Of a stretch of DNA of 50,444 nucleotides, positions 45,329 to 50,444 are shown in pieces. The stretch lies in NCBI RefSeq assembly GCF_000281045.1, contig NW_008246161.1, forward strand, positions 85,511 through 135,954, given 5' to 3'. Position numbers and translations under genes: made by a program. The stretch's first letter is position 1. Each line of letters opens with the position of its first letter. The notes under the pieces are model-generated. The model searched no databases and was not told the DNA's origin. It was given only the letters and a program-made list of their open reading frames with translations. The DNA is from Saprolegnia diclina VS20. Lineage: Eukaryota.

Positions 45329-48300
45329 ATGGACGCCACCATAGGTCCCGTTATAGCCCAATGTAGAGTGTACACTGGACGACTTCTGCATATCTGAAAA
45401 ATTGACCGCAGGCGCGTCCAGCACACCCTACGGCCACTACTCGCCACCCAACCAAAGAAGAAGAAGAAGATATTCAAAGTGGCGTTGGCACAGAAATTTC
45501 TGCCCGCGACAACGTCAGTCGCCTCTGAGTTGTTTGCGGTTTGCCGTTTCTAGGATTATATATATTCGGCGGCGCGCCGAGGTCCTTGCATGACCGCAGT
45601 CGTGTGCTTTTGGAATGCGACGGTTGGGGTGTGTAGTAAGAAGCACTGGCCGTCGTGCGGCTACACGTGGCTCAACGTCGTGCCCGTCGGTCTCTTTGCG
45701 ACTGTGTGGCTCTGTTACGGCGTCCGACTGCTGCAACGGCACGGGTTTCTTGCCCGGTTCCTCCAGCTTAATGCCTCGTCGATCCACGACCAAGTCGCCC
45801 AAGGTGCTGCCTTCCATACGATCGACAATATTGTGCAACGAGATAGACTAGGTATTGCGATTGCGCTGTCCCAGCGCAAGTTTGGGTCCGATCAGCAACT
45901 CCAGCTCCAGCGCTACGTCAAGCTCTGCGCCATGTGCTCCGAGTGGCCAACGTACACGTTCACGCCGCTCTCGATTGCGTTCAAGGTCTCGGGCACGCCG
46001 CCGATCGTCGACAGCCTTCTTTTTTCGCTCAACTTTACCAACGAAGTACGTTTACGTCAAAAAGCGCGATGCACGAACCTTTGTAGTGGTGGAACCTCTC
46101 GATGGCCGTGGGCATGGGCATGCTCCTGCTCATTCTGCGGCAGCTCCATCCCGCGTCCCGCTACCGTACGCGCAAGAACTAGGTTCGACTGGATGGACAA
46201 TATTGTCGGTTGTAGACGCACCGATCCTCATGCGCTTTGTGTACCCGATGACGTTCGACTTGTTTTACATTCCGATCATTTCGACCTTTCTGCGGCTCGG
46301 CACGTGCGTGACGGGCTACGAGCACTTGGCGCTGCCTGGTGGCGCCACGTGCGACTGCCTCGATCGGTTTGGTCTGTTTTGGGTGCGTTGTTTCTCAAAT
46401 TTTGAGAATGGTGTGGTCAATACCATGTAGGCGGTCGGCTTTATCGGGTTTTTCGTCACCTATCGCAGTGCGCTTTTGTACAAAATGCACATTGAGCCGC
46501 TCGGCGAGACCATGGATTTTCGGTTCCAGCCTGGCTTCCAGCTTCTTATGGTCATGGCGCGCACACGTACGATTGATTAAATCCATTTTGCGTGCTTATC
46601 GAGACCACATGGCTTCCTAGTGTACCCGATGATTACAATGTTTGTCAACAACCAAGACATGACGCGGGCCGGCGGCATCGGGCTCACCACGTTCTTGCTC
46701 GCTGTCTCGACGTTTCTCTTGCTCTACTCGCACAAGACCCAGCCGGTACGAGTTGCCATCCGAATCGAATCCGAGTTCGGAGATACCTGATGAAATTTTC
46801 ACTTTGCTAGTGCATTGGCAGCGGTCGCATTCCCAACAATTTGCGCGTACTGACCTTCTCCAGCGCGATCTACACGGCTTTTTGCGTGCTCATCGTACTG
46901 GCTCTGGACGCGCCGATAAGGAGTTTGTACTATGCGCTTTTCCCGCTACCGATTGTGTGGGTCGGTGCGTGGAAGGTCAACGACCGGCGGGCGCTACTGT
47001 TTCATATTCCCGGAGTGCGGATCCCGGATTTACTACGGCATCCGTCGCCCGACGTGAGCTTGGTCGGCGCCATCGCCGCCCTCCATCTCAACCCTAACAA
47101 CGTCCATGACCGTGATCTCGGACCGATTTTGGAACAGCTCGATGGACTGGCGGCCTCGGTGGCGGCAACGCCGCTCTGCCGCGCCTACGCGCTCCGAACG
47201 CTTTGGTTTAGCCACATTGAGGTATCCACTGCCGTCGATGACTGACGCGACGTCGTCATGCTCTCCATAGAACTTTATAAAAGCTGACGTGCTCGCAATC
47301 GGCGATGACGCACCGGTGGGCCTCGACTTGTGGCTCAAGGACCGCGCCAACATTGAGCGGCGCAGTGCTCGGCGCAGCCGCGACTCGCACCAGTCCAAAA
47401 AGCGCGTGAAAATCTCTGCGGTGATTACCACGTCCGGTACGCATCTCGACACACAAAACCAAGGATCACGCAGACTGATGACGCGCCATCGTAGCCGGGC
47501 CCACCATGGACCTCCTTCCGGTGACAGCGGTCGCGTCATCGCACGGCGCGACCTCCAAACACACGACGACACTGACCACCAAATCGCAGCGGTTTCGACC
47601 CCGGCGTACGTTGGGCCCACGCGCGATCGTCCCGCTCGGTCGTCCAAGCCGGTTCCACGTCATCATGATTGGGTATACATCGTGGATATCCCACAAGGAG
47701 TCGCCAGCCGACGCCGTGGCCCAGCACCGTCGCATCGCGAACCTCGCGTTTGACGTCCTTGCGCAGAGCTCGAGCGTGCATGACGTTGCGGCCATGCACG
47801 CCGTCAGCGTCTTTTTACTCCAGTGGTACCGCACTGGGTACCTTCGATTGAACCGAGCGCGGTATCTGCAGCTGCTCACGACGCTCTCGGCAACTGGCGA
47901 CCCAAAGCTCGTGTTGGATGCGACCCATACACTGTATTGTCTCACGCTCGACGGCGTCTTTGCCCTCGAGACGTGGGTCGCGCGGCCGTTGGCGCTCAGT
48001 GGGCTTCTGCATGCGCTGGGCCACGCGAGCCGCCGCAGTGTCCTCCAAGCAGCAACGATTGCTGCTCGTGTCGCAGCGTTTGCAGTCACTCGTGGATACA
48101 ACAACCTCTCGCTGCTATTGACACCGCGCGCGGCAGCGAGTCTCTATACGGCGTTCCAGCGCTGGACCGCTGCGTATGACATTAGTGTTCTCCTCGAAGC
48201 GACGTATCTCAGTTTGCACCAAATTGCTTCGCGGCAACGCTTGTCGTACCCCGGTGTACCGTCCAAGAGCACGCGATTGCTTTTGGCGGTCAAGCGGGCC

Positions 48301-48828
48301 AAAGCGCGCTTCAAGCGCAACATTGGCAAGGTCGAGCCCGTTCCGTCAGCGTCGACGCGTCTCTCGTCCATGAAAATGCGTCTCTCGATGCTCCTGCAGA
48401 TGCACAATCCAAAGCGTGACCCGGGGCCCGTCGCAAAAGCCCTGACCTTCCGACAGCTCGTCAACACGGTCCGAGGCAAGGCCAAGGCAGTGCCCGTGTA
48501 TATTCCGCTGGACGTTGTCCCCGAGATTGAGCGACGCCACGCCATTCGACGACAGCTCGTGCTCAAATTGGAGCTTGCTTTCGAGATGGTGACGACAAAT
48601 GCCCCGGGGTACGATCGCCGGCGCAGCTGCATCGCCAGCAAGCGGCCCGAGTTGGATGACGCCGTCACAAATGCGCTCAAGCTCGTGCAAGTGGCCGCCG
48701 AGTGTGCGCTGCAAGAGTACGTGGCCACCGCACTCGACCCAACGATGCGGGCGTTCGTGCACCCGTACCTCCACCAGTTTGAAAACGATACCCCGGGGTC
48801 CCAGAGGTGGCGCTGGCCGTGGCGATGA
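45329..48828 (+). CDS. Multi-pass membrane protein of unknown function with long soluble C-terminus (multi-exon)
   Basis: Spliced hydrophobic exons (e.g. FVYPMTFDLFYIPIISTFL; IYTAFCVLIVLAL; LYYALFPLPIVWVGAW) and a long terminal ORF ending TGA 48828. Start tentative. Confidence 0.6.
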
Positions 48829-49090
48829 CAACCCGTCGCCTAACAATTGAAAGTTTGAAATTGAGTTGGTGCAGAAATGATTCAACTGTCTTTCGACGGG
48901 CTCGTCTACCGAGGACGAATGCATGTGGTCCATTAGCGAGTCGATACGGACTGCGTCACAGTCGTTGGAGGCCAATACAACGCACCAAAGAGGCTTGACG
49001 GCGCAAATACGCTTGTGTCCATTCTTGAACTCTTCAATCCCTCCTTCTATTGTACCGATCTATCTAACCATCCATCCATCTATCCAACTG

Positions 49091-49176
<86 letters not shown>
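49091..49176 (+). repeat. (TATC)n microsatellite, about 21 units
   Basis: Perfect TATC run with degenerate units upstream. Confidence 0.95.
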
Positions 49177-49443
49177 CAATGGACAATGCGCAAGGCACAC
49201 GCCAGAGCGTGCCGGATCTCATTTTGGTTGAGACCGGCACAGTTCGGCGTGTGAGCGACATCAATCGACATAAATGTATTCAAGTTCATTGGCTCTATGT
49301 TGGAAGCCTTTCTCAAAGTTGCGTCAACTACCGTGTCCAACCCGTGGAGCAACAATCCTCATTGGCGACAACATTGCATCAATATTTCTTCCTTATATTT
49401 TATCCCGCACCGCCACGTCTTTATTGCTTGGAAAATAGGTTGT

Positions 49444-50444
49444 CTAGGCGAGCTTGAGACGACGCCACCAGTAGGACGACGCCTCGGACGCCGACAGTGG
49501 TGCACGCGCAGTCATATACGGCTCAAAGAATTCGTGGATCGCAGGGTCGAGCGTCGTTTCAATATAATCGGAAATCGCGCACTCGCGCGGCGAACGGTAG
49601 AGCTCCACGGCGCGCTCGACGGCGTCGCGGGCGCCAAATCGCTTGGTCTGCGCTTTCGTTGACGTCTGGAGCTCGTAGGCGCGCTCCAAGATTTGAATAA
49701 ACTGCGTGCGCTCGGAGCGTCGCTGTTCGGCTGCCGAGAGCACATCGATCTTGGCGACGCCGTCCACTACTGACGGTACCGTCTCCGGGACAGCGTCGGG
49801 TGCTGGTGCTGGTGGACGTGAGGGTGTCGGCGCTTTGGCGGGATTTTTTTTTTCACATTCTGCCACCACACGAGGTGCGGCGTCCGTTGCATCCAGGAGC
49901 TCCGCCACGTCTGCGTCTGTCATTAGCATGCTCCCCTTGGTTGCTTGGCGCACTTTTGTCATCGATATTCGATGAGGACCCGTCTCAAGGGGCTCTGGCA
50001 AAGCCGCCGTTGGCATGATCTTAGTCCAGCTGCCGTTGCGCGAAAGGACTGTGACGGGGGTGAGCTTCGTTTGACTTGAGCTCGGGGCTAACGCCGCCAC
50101 GGTCGGTGTCAGCGTCTCAGCAACGTCGCATGCCATTGGCTGGATCCGTCGCCGAGAGGATTCCGATGGGAATGGACGCACCGAGTGGAGGCTGCGCGCA
50201 AGGCTGGCCGCCCGCGCAAACGTCATTTTCGTACCTGACGACGGCGCTTGTGCAGATCCCAACGACGGCAACGGCTGAGGCCCGGTGGCAACTTCATTAG
50301 AGGCCCAGGCGTCGCGTGGTTTTGTATGGGTGGGCAAGTCGCAGTGGAACTTGGATGGATACACCGAAATAGATAGCGCTCGTTGCACACTGCTGGCGCG
50401 CTCGACGGGCATGGGTGGCGCCGAGTGAATCTCAAAGAGGTGCG
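49444..50444 (-). CDS. 3' part of an unknown protein whose C-terminus resembles that of the 45329-48828 gene; continues beyond window
   Basis: A 322-aa open frame ending ...ECAISDYIETTLDPAIHEFFEPY...WWRRLKLA*. Confidence 0.6.
   Translation of the reverse strand, partial: HLFEIHSAPPMPVERASSVQRALSISVYPSKFHCDLPTHTKPRDAWASNEVATGPQPLPSLGSAQAPSSGTKMTFARAASLARSLHSVRPFPSESSRRRIQPMACDVAETLTPTVAALAPSSSQTKLTPVTVLSRNGSWTKIMPTAALPEPLETGPHRISMTKVRQATKGSMLMTDADVAELLDATDAAPRVVAECEKKNPAKAPTPSRPPAPAPDAVPETVPSVVDGVAKIDVLSAAEQRRSERTQFIQILERAYELQTSTKAQTKRFGARDAVERAVELYRSPRECAISDYIETTLDPAIHEFFEPYMTARAPLSASEASSYWWRRLKLA

Noticed and set aside
48923..49254. ORFs with IYLS repeats
   Set aside because: They are translations of the TATC microsatellite.

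Overview
This is eukaryotic, GC-rich DNA with many short (about 40-60 bp) GT-AG introns and CCAAT plus TCATTY core promoters, most consistent with an oomycete (Saprolegnia-like; inferred). Positions 1-36.6 kb hold a fast-evolving cluster of two interleaved families. The first is three copies of a TIR/HET-like domain (YVSHAW...NNNQH...RSWCVFE) + TPR + ZZ-type zinc finger gene: one intact, one with a single frameshift, and one decayed copy whose predicted catalytic Glu is Ala. The second is six ankyrin-repeat TKL-type kinase genes built largely from one-repeat phase-0 exons; three end in a duplicated zinc-ribbon module and one is an apparently intact HRN/SGF pseudokinase. Between these genes lie kinase and PH-domain pseudogenes, a recurring 34-bp palindrome, and a 5'-truncated LINE inserted into one palindrome copy with a 17-bp target-site duplication. 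Together this looks like a candidate oomycete innate-immunity or allorecognition locus (inference). From 37 kb onward the window is more ordinary: an intronless bacterial-type AT3-SGNH O-acyltransferase, a Cid1/TUTase-like nucleotidyltransferase, and two convergent genes with related C-termini. Exon boundaries were called by eye and no database searches were run.
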